64,000 nt of DNA from Takakia lepidozioides (GCA_030704615.1 CM060732.1:25420001-25484000), one strand, 5' to 3'; positions 1-13,846 are shown, numbered from the stretch's first letter. Numbers and translations are program-made. The notes: generated by a model from the sequence alone, not told the origin.

Positions 1-1717
1 TCGACATCAAAATTTGGAGTGTCATTTTTCTTCAGAAAGGCTTGTCCCATTAAATTGGTGAGGCCTATTATAGTTGAGACCATATCATTTTGAGTCCGAT
101 TTAGTTCATTATCTTGAAGCTTAAAATATCCAGTTGAGTGTGTAACAAGAATTCATATGCTTTTGCCCTCTTTTCCTCAATTTGTAGGTTTGTTTCGTGG
201 ATTATATCGATGGATTCAACCAACATTCAGTTATCTTTCTTTGTCACATCAAGCAGTTGCTTCTGACTTGAGGACGACTTCCGCTTCACTCCGGTGCTTC
301 CTATATTCTTTGGCGATGCATCTGACGAAGAATCCGTAGGTTCATGAGTTCCACGATTTGGGACAGGAATCGGGACAAGATTGATTGGCTCATGAGTAGT
401 ACCTGGGGTAGTAGGTACAATATTCCTTGGAGGTATGAATGTTGCTTGTATGGCGCTTATGGTACGTCTTAGTGCGAGAGGAACTGTCTCCAAAACGGGG
501 GAGTAACCTTGAGTTTCGGAACCAGTGTCTGAAGCCTAGAAGTGTTGTCTCGGAGTCTCATTATGTCTATAGAAGGATCGTCAATATGATCAGTCTCATG
601 GTCAGACAAAACAATTGGCGTATAGACATTGTCATTGTCGTCCATGAGGTCACGTGTATGAACGGGTCTGAACACTGGACGGTGCCCCATAAAGGCTTGG
701 ATCTATTTATAAACAGTGTGATTGAATTGACGGGGGAGGTTGAGTTGCATTTTTGCTCCGAGATTCCAAACTCTTCACCCGTTCCGGTACCATTCTCGTA
801 ATCGTGAATGCGTTTGAAGTCTCCAAATATGGAGCTCCATTTGTCCTTGCATGCCGTCCCTTTCCGATGATGCATGCAATGACCTGTTTCATTATTGCAA
901 TTGAAATTTTACGCCATTTGCACATTGCACTTTCAAATTTGTCTCTTGGGTCGACTACATCCAAACTGGCTACATATTCGTCTCTTTTCGCGGAGACAAG
1001 TGCCAAGACCTCCACGTATTCCCAATTGGGTTGGCGGGGTTTCTTGGTTTTTATCACAGGGTCCGAGCCAGAAGCAGACTGTGCAGGCGCCTTCCCTTTG
1101 CATTTCTTCTTCCGTTGGACTCCGCCATTGGTATCATCAGATATCTCTACTGTTTCCGCATCTAAAGACAAGCAAATCAATTGTGAATGACCGAGACAAC
1201 CATTCAATTGCAAAATGACAACAATTTAATGAAAAAATTGTATGGAGTCAATGCTCACTCGGATTGTTGTTTTCTTGGTCTTCAGTGTCATTGTTCTCAT
1301 CGTTGTTATCCTTTTCAGCATCATCGTTCGTAATTCTCATCATGTCCAGTAGCGACGACATGATCCCCGATGATAGATGAGTGCGGCACATATGTGTGAA
1401 GAGCATGCATAGGCGAGGAGTGTGTGTGCATAGACTAGCGATATTGGTGAGCGAGAGCGGGAGATGGTAGGAGCACGATAAGTTATCAGCCCATTTTTGG
1501 CGCTCATAACTTGCCACCAAGAATCGTGCAGGATTTCTCTGGGATTGTGTCAGGATACCACTAATGGTGTTAAGCGCAGTGGTAACTTTGTCACCGGTGG
1601 TAAGTCGGGTGCCACGTCAGAAGAGTGGTAGCTATCTTCTTAGGTCTGAACGCAGGGATACACTTACCACGCGGGGACGGGCTTAGCACTGACTTAGCAC
1701 AAAGTGTGCACGGACCT
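1..1717 (-). mobile_element. PIF/Harbinger-like DNA transposon, one end (continues left of the window)
   Basis: Contains a Myb/SANT-like ORF. The putative terminus reads AGGTCCGTGCACAC on the minus strand from 1717, next to a TCA/TGA trinucleotide, with subterminal CTTAGCAC repeats at 1682-1700. The other end is not visible. Confidence 0.55.
567..1213 (-). pseudogene. Myb/SANT (trihelix/MADF-like) DNA-binding protein, frameshifted; Harbinger ORF1-type
   Basis: RQPNWEYVEVLALVSAKRDEY...KWRKISIAIMKQ in ORF 707-1213 continues as HRKGTACKDKWSSIFGDFKRIHDY in ORF 567-875 after a frameshift. The spaced Trp pattern fits a trihelix repeat. Confidence 0.7.
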
Positions 1718-1799
1718 TGAGACAATTAACTATTTACGGTCAAACAGCGCAGCAAGACAACTTGTATGATGGTAACTCCTCCAAGACTGTAAATGAAAC

Positions 1800-4700
1800 A
1801 TATCAAGCAACCTATCTCAAAACCTAGAATAACTAGAATAACTTAAAAGAGTATAGAAGCTAGCACTTGTAGAGGTAACTAACGGAGATTGGCACTGAGG
1901 AATTCAGTACCTTATTTAGAGGCCTTTTATTTATTTATTTATTTTCTTATAGAGGCTCTCTAATGAGAAGCCCAATAACTTGTGCTATGCATATGAACTT
2001 ATAAATCATCCGAGTTCAGTTCTCTGCATTAAATCTGGAATTCGTCATGAGTCTGGGTGCAATCATCTGCTTCACTGACTCACTCCAGGAATTGCAATCA
2101 CATCCTCTTATTGAGCTGCTGGCTGTGGAAGGTGGAAGGGTCCAATTAATCCTCAGATTCCTGAGGGTAATGGATCCACTGCAATGCTTGGCTCCAAGAT
2201 TGTGTCTCGTGCTTTACCTTATATGAAAGAGTGGAACCGATGATTGATCCCTCATTGCATGGATATGTGAACCAGTGAATGAACACGGATTATAGAATGC
2301 TTTTGCCAAACTAATGCATAAACATGAATATGTGGAGCATGGAAGAATACATGTGATCAATATCAAAATGAAGGGAGGAATTGGGTGTGTAGTAGACATG
2401 TGTACATCTAGCTAAATAATTGGCCAATGAGCTCGGAATGAATGAATTGAGGTGCCCTGCTGAGAGCTAAATAAAGCCCCACTGAATTCGTGGATGAAGG
2501 GAATACACGGTAGAGGGATGACTAGTCCATGCAATTTAGGAAGCGTCCCAGCTGAACCTACAGCAGATGGGGTATCTTTTCCCAGTCTATGGCTGGGGCA
2601 GGTTCGCCCGGGAAGTTATTCACGAGATGATCATGAAATAATGCATGTAGCCCAGGTGGACCTTGGACACCAACCAAGTGAAAGACATTCATTGAAGATC
2701 TGCAGGGCTGGATGGCTTCGGGAACAAGAGATTCACATGTCAGAAAAATGAGTAGTTCTTCGAGCCTTCCCAGAAAGCCAAGAGGCACTGAATAAATAAA
2801 CAATCGGAGTGCGATTTTGCATCTGAAAATGACAGAGCGGCTCCAGAGGATACATCTGATGGGTGAACTGAAATAAGTGTGTGTGTGTCAGTGGATCTGG
2901 GTCAATTAAAATATGGTTATTGCACCCCATTTCCCTGCTCTTTCATAACACTCCAAAGTTCTAAACTGTCATGATGTGATCATTCTGGACCTGTTCATCA
3001 ATGATGCAAAAGGTCTGTTTTGCATGACGATTATCTGTGGCCCCAAGGCCTATCTCAATTCTGAAATGGTTTTTGGGCCAAGGCAGAAGGGCAAGGTTGG
3101 GATCCTCGACATCGACGTGGAACACACCAGAATCCTCGGTGACAGAATTGCAACCTTGGACAATTGTCATGATCCAACTGTTTCATCAATGATGCAAAAC
3201 TATTTCTGCATGACCAGAATTATTAGTGGTGTTCCACTGGAGGCCTATTTCCAATGATTTTTGGGCCATGGAAGGGCCCGGTTGGAGCTTGGAACACACT
3301 AGAAACCACAATCATGCATATACACAAAGCGAGAACAGCAAAGCCATAGGTCCAGGGCCTCAAATGGTGTCACACAATCAGTGGTCCTGGGTTCAAATCC
3401 ATGAAAATGAAAACTACTCTACGCACTGATTCCCGGCAGCTATCTGCTTCGGGAAACACCCAGCCCACTACACTGCACTCTACAAGTACAAGCCATTTCC
3501 TTTCACAAGCAGCTTCACATTGAAGGGTGTTGGCTGGGGTGACACTGGATAGGAATAAATCATCGTACATTACAAATTGGTGCAATGAGTAGCGAGGTCG
3601 GCGCACACCCACCAAGGGTATAATCAAGGTGCGCTTTTGAAGCAGGCCCAAAGTTGGGTATCTGACAACCTTTCAGCAAGCTTCTCTCATCACATCTGGG
3701 AGTACCTGTGTGCTGCCTGGAAACTCTCGATAAAACCACCGCCACTCAAGGTTGTGAATGATCATAGAAGAGACAGAATCATGTCCACTAGCCCTTATGG
3801 ACATTTGGAAAGTGCATCACTCACACATTGAAGTATCTATGTGTCCTCTCAGTGGGCTTTAGATACCACCTTCTCAACTTAAGGTGCTGCACCTAAGTCC
3901 CAGCTGGAGAGTTTATGAAAAGTTTCCAAGGAATACATCAGTGTGCACTCAATGATCGATGATGAGATCAAGACTCACACAGGTCTTCCAATTTGTCTCC
4001 ATGCTCTAGCGACCCCGGCCCATTCCTGCCCAAAAAATGCTCTATCGTGTGACAGAACTACTTGGGTGCCGAAGTATGGAATGTCACCATGTGAAGAAGC
4101 TATGCTTGAGAACTTCCAAAAAAGTACTGAGGGGTTGGTAAGGGCCCCACGGAATAAAATCCACTGGCCATAGCCAGTGCCCCACATGCAGACACGGAAA
4201 ATGTGGGTCATGTTCCTGTTTGGAAACACTTTGTTGAAAATTTGACCACTCCGAATACGCCCACTTCATTGAACTTGCTCCATGTGTATGTAGGTATGTT
4301 TCAAGTTTCAACAGCTGAAAAGACATGCTTTGACACCATGGCTGCCCGGATGTACCACATTTTCCAAGTTACCTCTCGCATGGCATCACAATACAGGAAA
4401 GCAAAAAAGAGAAGCAAAAGTACTAAAAGCAACAAGAATTGGGATCATGCCGCATATGCATCTGCCATTGCCAAGTGTTGCTCTTTATCCACAGATTATA
4501 CTGTACAGCCGATTACTTGTCGTGGCCCAACTAGGTCTCCAGGCTGGACGGCCCATGCCAATCTGCCGCATTCGCAAAGAGACAAAACCGCATGGCCCTA
4601 CAGACAGGTCCACGCCGAGCACCTACATTTCTCCATGGATTGGTCCGTGGCTTCGGACCAGACCTAAACAGTGGACGTTCTCCGAGAGTGAAAGGGATAC

Positions 4701-4914
4701 ACAAGGAAAGCTCGTACTTCAACGTCCAGCGATTTACAGCGCACTCCAGAGGCAGCGACCAAGAGCTTCGCACCAAGCATGCGGGCACGTGGTGGACCCG
4801 TTCATCGGATTTGGGACCCATAGGCCTAAATTTGATCAAGTTGTCCTATTTGGCTGGATTGCATGCAAGCCTTCAATAATGTTCTCTTTCCCATTAAAAT
4901 TCGTAGACAAATGA
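1800..4914 (+). mobile_element. Highly degenerate L1-like LINE ORF2 (RT and C-terminal region)
   Basis: Ordered broken motifs: MNTDYRM/FAKL (~2280), DGVSFPSLWLGQVRPGSYS (~2570; NG..F..GVRQG-like), GPRQKGKVGILD (~3075; PK.GGLGI.D-like) and a CPTC..E..H knuckle remnant (~4180). Boundaries are approximate. Confidence 0.55.
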
Positions 4915-6889
4915 CATCGCATGATTGGACCCCAAAACCCGGATTGAGACCACTGATGGGCTCGATGCTCACAACCATCATCATCATCATCTATCCACCT
5001 CCTTATGCACACTCATTGTGAGAAGAATACTAATTGCGAGTTGGATGTTCATGAATGATCAGTCCGACTGAGAAATTGGAAAGGCAATGTTGACATGTTG
5101 AAATGTTGGCATTCCCACCCTACACTGAACCCAGCACGCCAACGGAATATTAGGGTAAGGTGGGCGGAAAACGTCCCTGCACTGAACCCTATATCCCATG
5201 AAAAGCAGGCATTGAATATCTCCAAGTGTGTTGGAGATGTAATTTCGAGCAGAAAATTTAGCCTTCAATACGGAGAGCCTGACATAATAATAATACAAGT
5301 CAACATAAATCCTCGTCGGTTCGTCGTTACATCAATAGTCTTTACAGCGCATGTAATAAGCAAGGGGACTACATACCTCACCCGTGGATAAGTAGTAACT
5401 TGTACGCCACTTATTTACAGTACATCCCTCAAGTCATGTCGTGCGGATCAGCACAGTACCAAGCAACCCTTCCGCCCCAAGTAAACCACAGTTTCCAAAA
5501 TCCTTCCATCTCCTTGTCTGCAGTCTGCACGTAGACTGGGCCCACTCCTCCCGTCACCTTGAAATCACCGACCGTACTCGACCCTGGATCCTCCTGCACC
5601 CTCTGGTCCTTGCCTGAGCTCCCACTTTGGGCTATACCTTGCCAAAATCACCTCCTTTCCCTAGCATTCCTTGGCATGGATTCCATGTGGGCCCCACATG
5701 CACTTGCCATTTTCATAGGGCATGCTGTGGGGCCCACATGCTATAGCCACTTTCAAGGGGCATGCAATAGCCATGTGGGCCCAATGCAAATAGCCACGCT
5801 AGTTGAGTTAGCTTGCTAGATGTCCTGGCCCTTTTGCTTGATTTTTTTCTTGAGCGATTGGGGTACATATTCGATCCATGCACTGAACCCGGCCCCGAAT
5901 ACGCCCCTGAATCCAAGTCAATGTGACCATGCCCATGTCTAGCGCGTGCGTGGCAGCGACCACGCCCCTTCCTGCCAATGGGAGGCGAGGTGCGCGGGAA
6001 TAGCGTGGGCAATTGAGGGGCAAGGGTATGCGCGAGTAGGGGCAGCCTCGCCATAGAACCCAACAGACCCTGAGTCGATCACGTAATTTTGGCGTTACAG
6101 GGACTCTTTCGGGCTCAATGCTCTTATGGGGGCTCTTATCAAAAAACGAAAGTGGGGCCGTGTAATGTTCACGACAATAATACTTGTTGTACGTGTCAGC
6201 AACTCTTTGAAGCTAATCTTTTGTGATAGAGAACTTGCTTTCAAGACAACCTGATCACATTCTGACATTTCAGTTCTGCTACATAGCTTCGAAACTGTTA
6301 TCTGGTTTCCTGTTCTCTGTTTTGTATGACTGCAATTAAATTAGAACGTGTTCCACAACCAGATTGAAAGATGACAGGTTAGTGAGCAGTTCAATCTCAT
6401 GCGAATGGATTGCATTGTCGACACACAATGCTTCACATAAGATTCAGAGAGTGCAACACAAATCATCCTACAAAACAGATAGATGCCTCGCAGTGGAGAT
6501 GATTTCAAGAATCTATATTCCTAGCGGAATACAATATTGATCAAGGGGGAATGTCACGCCAACTTGAATATCGATAGAACTTGTTGTGCTACGTCATGGG
6601 CTGCTAGTTCTTTTGGAGCTTAATGGAAATTTATAATGGAATTTTACTTTCAGGAAATATATATCACAAAACCCAATGATGTCTCGATACTGGCGTCATA
6701 TCATTCTATAGGGAGGTGGGCACTTTAGCAACAGCCTACTCCAGAAACAGCCCCATGCAGGGCTAGGATCTCAGTGTGTACATAGGCAAGGCACACACAC
6801 AGGCTCCCGGCCAACCACGGGCTCTCTAAATAATTTGCTGGACATTAAATAATCTATATTCACCACTACTTATTAGGCAGTATTTACAA

Positions 6890-7553
6890 AGTTACAGGAT
6901 GTTGGAACAGTTTTGCAGATCATGGAAACCGCCCACTCCTTAAGCTTCACTGTAGATAACTAGGTCAACTTTGGCAACTTGTACATAGGATTCTTTGTTA
7001 TTAGTATGTTGAAAACGCTGTTGACCATCACTATTCGAAAGGACTAGGTCGTTTGGTTGCTGCCGCCCCTCAAAGTTCTTTCGGGTTCCAGTGACCCCTT
7101 CCACCCGTCAAATAAGGAAAAGACAAACAAAAAGAGGTTGCGGTTGCAGACAGATATTGCCTCTTTCGCTTACAGACTCCTCCAGTTGTATACCTGTGCT
7201 TTTCACTTTCTTGCATCCCCAAATTCCACAATGTGCCTGACTGTCAGTGATGACAAAACACAAGGTGACAAGACCTGCACGACAAAGAGAATCCTTACCC
7301 ACCCCATCTTCCTACACCTCTTCCTGTCTCTTCTCTCAAAAGTCAGGCCTCCCAAATGACCCAAAGAGAATCGTTGGGCCCTGCCAACGGCCAAGTGACT
7401 CAAATGTGTTTGCGACAACCCTCTGCAGGAATTGCTACGAAATCGACAAAGACTGAAATTACCGTACTTATAGCCTGATCGTGTATGTCAGTAGCACGCT
7501 CAAACATAAACTCATCTGAATTGAATGAAGCACAGCTGTTTCCAGGAGCCACC
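6890..7553 (-). pseudogene. Possible decayed multi-exon gene fragment, product unknown
   Basis: Several GT..CAG-bounded blocks on the minus strand give protein-like text (DEFMFERATDIHDQAI, RVVANTFESLGRWQGPTILFGSFGRPDF, LVTLCFVITDSQAHCGIWGCK, WKGSLEP..RIVMVNSVFN). They contain stops, and two of the implied introns are implausibly short. Confidence 0.25.
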
Positions 7554-8479
7554 TGCGCAGAGATCACGTAATTATGGTGGATGTGGACCGTATTTATGTT
7601 TGTTCTGTGTTTTTGTCCAACTGCACGCATCACTATTAAGATCCTAATCAGATTACTGGATGCACTATGCTTGCATCATGGGAACAGTACTAGGTTAGAT
7701 TACCTATATGGGTTTTATGAATGATTATTTAAGAGTGCCAAAAGGTTTATTACGAGTGAAAAGGAAGATGGGTTTCCCTTATTTATTTATTTATTAAAAA
7801 CATTTAAGAGAAAAAAAAAGATGGATTTCAGTGTTTTTTCTTTCTCATTTTTCCAAATTCGCAGCGGGGCCACCTGTGAATTTTACCGGGTGCCCATGTG
7901 GCGAGAATAACGAGGTGACAGGGCTTAAATAAAAGTTACTATATTCCAGACGTTTTAAATGGTCCACCTTGGCAAATTAAGGCTCCTTTTTTTTTAATTT
8001 TTACAGAACAGGGGACAATGGCTCGATATTCAACTACTTGCGAAGCCTTTTGGCGGAATTTTATCCCCCATAATTCCTTTGTAAAAGGAATGTAAGATAA
8101 TAGGTGGTATCATGAGTTTCTCATATATAATGCACTTGCACATCATGATCTTTTAAAAAAAAAATGCAAAGTTGCTTGGGAGGCCCTACCAATCTGATTT
8201 TCATATTGCCAACAATTGCTAGGGTATCAAACATACTGGAACATTTGTACTAGTTGAGAATTTGCATGGCAACTCGTACACGTCAAGCTGTAAGGATGAG
8301 AGAGATATGGACCAATCGAAGCTAGCGTAAATAAGAACCTACCCATCTCCTCATTAGGAGCATTGGACATCACCCCAAGGGAAGATACTACCACACACAA
8401 TTCAAGTGAGAGAGAGTGTTACATAGCATGTCAAAGCTAGACAAGGAAACACTAAGCACATTGTGCTATGTTTGCCTTC

Positions 8480-9560
8480 ATTTAACGACATCAGACAGCC
8501 TAATTTAGGCACCATCAAACTGTCTCTACCCAGATCTGCCTCCATACCTCCCTTTTTACATTATACTCTTGCTGGAAAACCAGGTTTAAGGTCTACTAAG
8601 TGGCAATCACATGCACACTAGGTAGGGCCTTCTCATAAAAATCTACCTCCTCACTTTCATATCATAGGAAGCAACAGTAGAAGTAGGAAGAGCACAACTG
8701 TCTCCTTACAAGTAACTCCTTCCATGTAGGTACCAGCTCATAGATCCATCAAACCAATAGAGCAAAAACAACAGTAGTATGTGTACAATCAACACATACA
8801 AACAGATTTGAGGTTTGAGACAGCTCAAAGCCTCACTCCCTTAGTCTCTTGCCCTTAGTAGCATTTCCTGCAACAAAAAAAGATGAAGTGGCATCACCTG
8901 GATCCATCACAGCCAACCAACCAACCAACAGGTTAGTGATCCCTATGGAACCCCAGGCTTAAACCCCTTCACATTTGTTATCCATGTCATCCCTGCAACA
9001 GGTCATACTTGCAAAGAGAGGAGAGGTAAGAGAGGTCCTTTCAGCCATTCAACATAGGTACAAAACTCAGTAGCACCTATTTCAGCCCATGCTCTAGAGG
9101 GAGGGGGGGTGGTCTCATGTCTATAAGCACCCATTCCCAAAAGGAAGGTGTCACTAGAGCCAAGTACTCAGCAAGGGGACACATAGAGGCCTTTGGTTTG
9201 CAAAAGTATTCGAAGAATCATTGTAGAGCTAATCATGTCCATGTAAGTAAACATTACAACAAGCACCTATTCCCAAAAGGAAGACCAAGTACTCAAGCAA
9301 GGGCATATATAGAAGCCCTTGGTTTTGCAAAAGTATTCCTAGATTCAGAGTAGAGCTTAGTCAAGTCCATGTAAGTTCCTCATAGTGTCAACTCTCTTTA
9401 TGTTGCCATCCTAAGCAACCCATCACAGTGTTGGAGAAGTCTGAATGGATACCTTGCTTGTAGACATAGTGTAGTCAGCTCCTTTAGCTCTTGTCTGCTC
9501 CTCTTCCAAATGAGAAGAGTGGCCAAGCATACTAACCATATAGGGCAGCAGCTTTAGGTT
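8480..9560 (-). mobile_element. Very degenerate Ty3/gypsy gag-protease-RT remnant
   Basis: Minus-strand traces: AVMDPGDATSSF (protease D-T/S-G-like, ~8900) and HLVDLKPG (RT N-terminus, ~8600). Many stops. Confidence 0.3.
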
Positions 9561-10487
9561 GAAACCTCTAGGGTGAACCCTAATGAGTCATCTTAGTGAG
9601 TCATCCCGTTCTACAATCCCCCGTTTTGCTCTAGACAAAAAAATCTAAACGGAATGAGGGGATCAGGCAATTCTTGAATGTTGTCTAAAAAGATCTTAGC
9701 AACATTAAGGAGAGAAAGAGACAGGAAAAAATTCCTCAAGCCTCTCATTTTCAGGTTTCCTAATGCTGATACAAGGCATTGGCTACAGTAGAGCAGCCAA
9801 GAGAGCAATATACATTGACCGGATCATGTAGAAGGTGTACACATATACTCTATTATGCTGTTGCTACAGGGCCTAGCACAAGATATCATGTATTAGTTAA
9901 TCCAATGTCCCTATATGTTCAAGGCTAGAGAAAGAGTCAAAGGGATCAGGCAGTTCTTGAGTGTTGTTACAAAGAACATATCCACATTCAAGAGAGAGAG
10001 AGAGAGAGAGAGAGAGGACAAAAAGGCGATAAGAGGTTGAATGTGGAGGCAAGGGTTCATGATCTTCTTGTGCCCCTTCTTTGCAAAATGGGGACGCTCT
10101 TTTAGGAACCCATGAGTCCACCAAGTTGAAGATCACGGACATTCATATTTTTCTGTTTTTTCCATTTGTCATGTCAAAGTCACATGGCAGTGAGATGGTG
10201 ACGTGCACAAAAGACTGTTTCTTGCCCAAGTGCTGGTGAACTGTGCGTGGATGGCTACAGCTTGCTGGGGAGCCCTTTTAATAGTAACGTCTTTCAATTT
10301 GATCATTCTACTTTAGTCCTCAGAAAAATACATTTCTCTCATTTGTTTGTGCCCAAGAGTGATCACACTCTAAAATATGGCAATCTCATTACATTTGAAG
10401 GTGCAACCACATCAATATTATTCTCAAAGTTCGCTGGCATCCACCCCCTACCCACATCTATAGAGATTTTCCACACATCCTCATCTC

Positions 10488-10800
10488 ATGCTGTTAATGA
10501 TAATTAGTTTTTGCGGGTCTTTCAAAATTATAGAAAAGAATGTAGCCTATCAATGGGGGTTGTCTTTTGGATGGAAAGTACATATTGTTTTCCACGTGAG
10601 TCTTTTGAGAAAAATTATCTCAAATCCCGATCGTGTTATTCTAGAATTGCCAAAATTGACATCTTCTAGCGCACTGTGCATGGAATGAACATTTAATAAA
10701 ATAGAATAACTACCGGCCAAATGATGAATCCATTTTGGGGGTCCTATAATCCTGGCCGACAGACATGAAAAGGACATATTCCCTCTCGGAGGGATATGGT
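10488..10800 (+). mobile_element. Ty3/gypsy integrase C-terminal (GPY/F, SH3-like) remnant
   Basis: FCGSFKIIEKNVAYQWGLSFGWKVHIVFHVSLLRK matches the GPF.I..AY.L.LP..+H.VFHVSLLK pattern. Confidence 0.7.
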
Positions 10801-11096
10801 TTGTCTTTTTTATTTTTATTTTTATTTATTTATTTTTAGAGAAGAGGGCGTCTATTCACTGATTACGGTGTGTGTGCCTCATGGTGTAATAGGGGGTTCT
10901 AAACTTTTTTCCCCAAATAAAGTTCTCATCAGGGCCACTTCCTCCTGTTTAATTTTTTAATCAAATACCTTAGACCACAACCACTTTTAAACTACTTCAG
11001 TTATTAGAGATGCCAAAATCAGACAGCCCTATGATTTCACTATGTATTGTCCTTGCTCGTTTTACCCTTTACTAGTGCAGTCATTTTGTATTCCCG

Positions 11097-11301
11097 AAAA
11101 AACCCAATTTACTATTTTTCATGAATTTCCAGTGACAAAAACACTTGAAATTCAATATCTTCCACACCGCAGGTCCAAAAATAGAACCGCCTGGATGCCC
11201 CCCTAGTCATCGAGGGCTTTCCAGTAGTATCACCATCACATGCCGAGGCCTTGTGGTTTGGGAGATCTCAACGATGGTACAAAACAAAACAAACAAAACA
11301 A
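11097..11301 (+). repeat. Dispersed ~200-bp repeat, copy 1
   Basis: Shares AAATTCAATATCTYCCACAC..GGTCCAAAAAT..ATCGAGGGCTTT..TTTGGGAGATCTCAA and an (ACAAA)n tail with 11824-12030. Confidence 0.8.
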
Positions 11302-11823
11302 GCGGCTCCACCACAAGAGGCTCTATCCTTCGGTGATTTTGGGGTTGTTTTATACTTTTTCCAAGGTTTCATGAATCATGCCGATGAACCCTCCATAGAC
11401 TAGGCTTAATGGATAAGCCTAGTTCTCCCCTTAGGCAAGAAGTCTCCACAATGCCTCTATCCTTTGCGGGACAGAGCCAACAAACAACCTTGCTTGATAG
11501 ATAGATGTACAACTTGCCCTCTAATGCACTGCATATGTATTTACACTGTTCACACCAATGTCATTCACCACTTTTGCATAACCTGCCATAGCCAAGCAGT
11601 ATGATACATTCACAAACCTCTGCTCATCGAACATAATTCTAAATTAACTCAATGGTTATTTCTCATCGTCTACATTTGTGTCAAGGCGTACATCGATGTG
11701 AAACCTGTTATGCCTAGCGTGAGTAAGATAGCACCCACCATATATGCTATTGTGGTCTGTGCTGTTTAGTACATACATTTATGACCATTGTACCAAAAGA
11801 CAAATGAAGGGCCGGTGTTGTAG

Positions 11824-12030
11824 AAAAAACCCCAATTTGCTATTTTTCATGATTTTTCAGTGACAAAATATACTTCAAATTCAATATCTCCCACACAATA
11901 GGTCCAAAAATTATGATACCGCCTCTGTGCACCCCTATTAATCGAGGGCTTTACATCGGTATCGAGACCACGGGCAGAGGCCTTGCAGTTTGGGAGATCT
12001 CAATGACGCTACAAAACAAAACAAAACAAA
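11824..12030 (+). repeat. Dispersed ~200-bp repeat, copy 2
   Basis: Directly similar to 11097-11301. Confidence 0.8.
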
Positions 12031-12657
12031 CTACTTGCTTAATATATAGATATATATATCTATGACACCAACCGTAGTTGAGTAAATAAGAGCCTCTTCC
12101 CCTTGCGTGTACTGCCCCTTTCGGGGGTGGGCTCTATCAAAGCAATTACAAAGGGAAAGACCCCCATACCATCATACTACTTCACAACGCCACTTCACAA
12201 CGCTTGCTATGTGATAGATTTTTTTTTTTTTTTGAAATTATTGGAAGAAACAATTAAAAGCCTCGGTGGTGTGCCATGAGGCATACCATAAAAAGCATAT
12301 AGTTGAAATAGTGTTTTCATTATAAGAACGAAACATATATTCTTGCAACTTGTTGAACAAGTTACATCTTACCTATCCAATTTGGACTTGCTTGAGAGCA
12401 CATACACTCTGGAATGTGTGGAAGGCCAGGTGTTTATCACCCTGAAGGACTACCTTTTTTTATCATAAATGACCGCATTTTGCCAGTAAATAATAAAGGT
12501 GACACAAATAAATCAGATAGATTTCGGAGATTTCCGATGCCAATTCCAAGAAGTCAATGTAGTAGTTTACAACAGTTTTGTAAATTTTTCTAATGTGAGC
12601 ACATAATTTTTTATTTTCCATAACGTCATGTACCCTGGATATTACTAAAATTGTTAA

Positions 12658-13482
12658 CCCTTAAGTTCCCAAGCCCTTTTTTTGACTTTTTACCAATTTT
12701 GGGTACCCAGCTGCAGTAAATTGCCCCTAGAAACCTACCAAAAATCATCCACAGATTCCAGCCTTATAGCAATGGGCCCAGCTCATTTATGCATGACATA
12801 CCAAAAAATGAGCCAAGTCCACCGTGGAAATTGTGAGATTATAGCGTTGGCCCGGACCTCAAATATCAGGTCCCAAAGAAAAAGTGAGAAAGAAATAGGT
12901 TTGACCAAATCAAAACCTAGCTTTCTCCAATTTTGCTTGCCCCAAGACCCACCATTTCCAAATCAATAGTGGAGTGGCCATGACCCCACTAAATTGCAGG
13001 TCCAACTGATTTTTTCACCTATGGTTGCTATTCATGCAATTACATGGGGGTTGAAATCTCAAAATTGACAACAGAAAATGTGCCTCCAAATGAAGTACTT
13101 TTTTTTCTACAAATTTTTTAAAAGCCAACGGTGGATGTGTGTATGTAATGCTCACACACCACAAGGTGAAGTGTTTTTTCCAAAATTGCTAATTTTCTGC
13201 CAAAAATGCCCTTTGGAGTGCAATCTGTTTTGGGCTTGTTTACCTGCCATGTCAGCGGTCAACAGCCCTTTTCAGGCCCCAAAACGTAAATTAAAGATCT
13301 AAGATATTTTTTGTAAGTCGCAGCTTTTGTTTTTTTTTTAAATTTGTTTTTTGCATCATACTGGAGACAAATCCCTTGTCATTAAAGCTTCGGGAGTGGG
13401 CCCCATCAGATTAGATCTGCAAAAATTAGGTGGAACTGCAAATTCAAAGTGACCCAATTCAGGTCGCTTGGGAACTTAAGGG
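12658..13482. mobile_element. Non-autonomous piggyBac-type element (825 bp)
   Basis: Perfect 17-bp TIR CCCTTAAGTTCCCAAGC / GCTTGGGAACTTAAGGG with TTAA on both sides (12654-12657, 13483-13486). No transposase ORF. Confidence 0.85.
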
Positions 13483-13770
13483 TTAAAAGCGCTTTTTGCT
13501 CTTGTGAGCATGCTCATGCAATATCCCACCTCTGCGATCCATACTCACATATTTTTTTCTCTCTATAATAACATAAAAGTTCGTAGCGTATAATTTCTTC
13601 ATCTTTCAAAAATACACCTCACAACCATATGATCCCTTAGAAGCTGTAACACCAAGGTCCATTAGTTCATCACTGATAGTGTAAATTGGAAAATAAAAAT
13701 TGGTTTTTTTAGTTTAAAAAAACTAGTGTGGCATGTGCCGTTGATCACATATTGCGCTGTCAATTTATAC

Positions 13771-13846
13771 TCCAAAAATTTGCTATTTTTCACGAGTTTC
13801 CAATGACAAAAAATACTTCAAATTTAATATCTCCCACACCGTAGGA
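13771..13846 (+). repeat. Dispersed repeat, partial copy 3
   Basis: AATTTGCTATTTTTCACGAGTTTCCAATGACAAAAAATACTTCAAATTTAATATCTCCCACACCGTAGG matches the 5' part of 11097 and 11824. Confidence 0.7.

Noticed and set aside
5401-6099. Possible solo LTR (TGTACGCCA ... TGGCGTTACA)
   Set aside because: The ends match imperfectly, the flanks TAACT / GGGAC give no TSD, and no PBS or PPT is seen.
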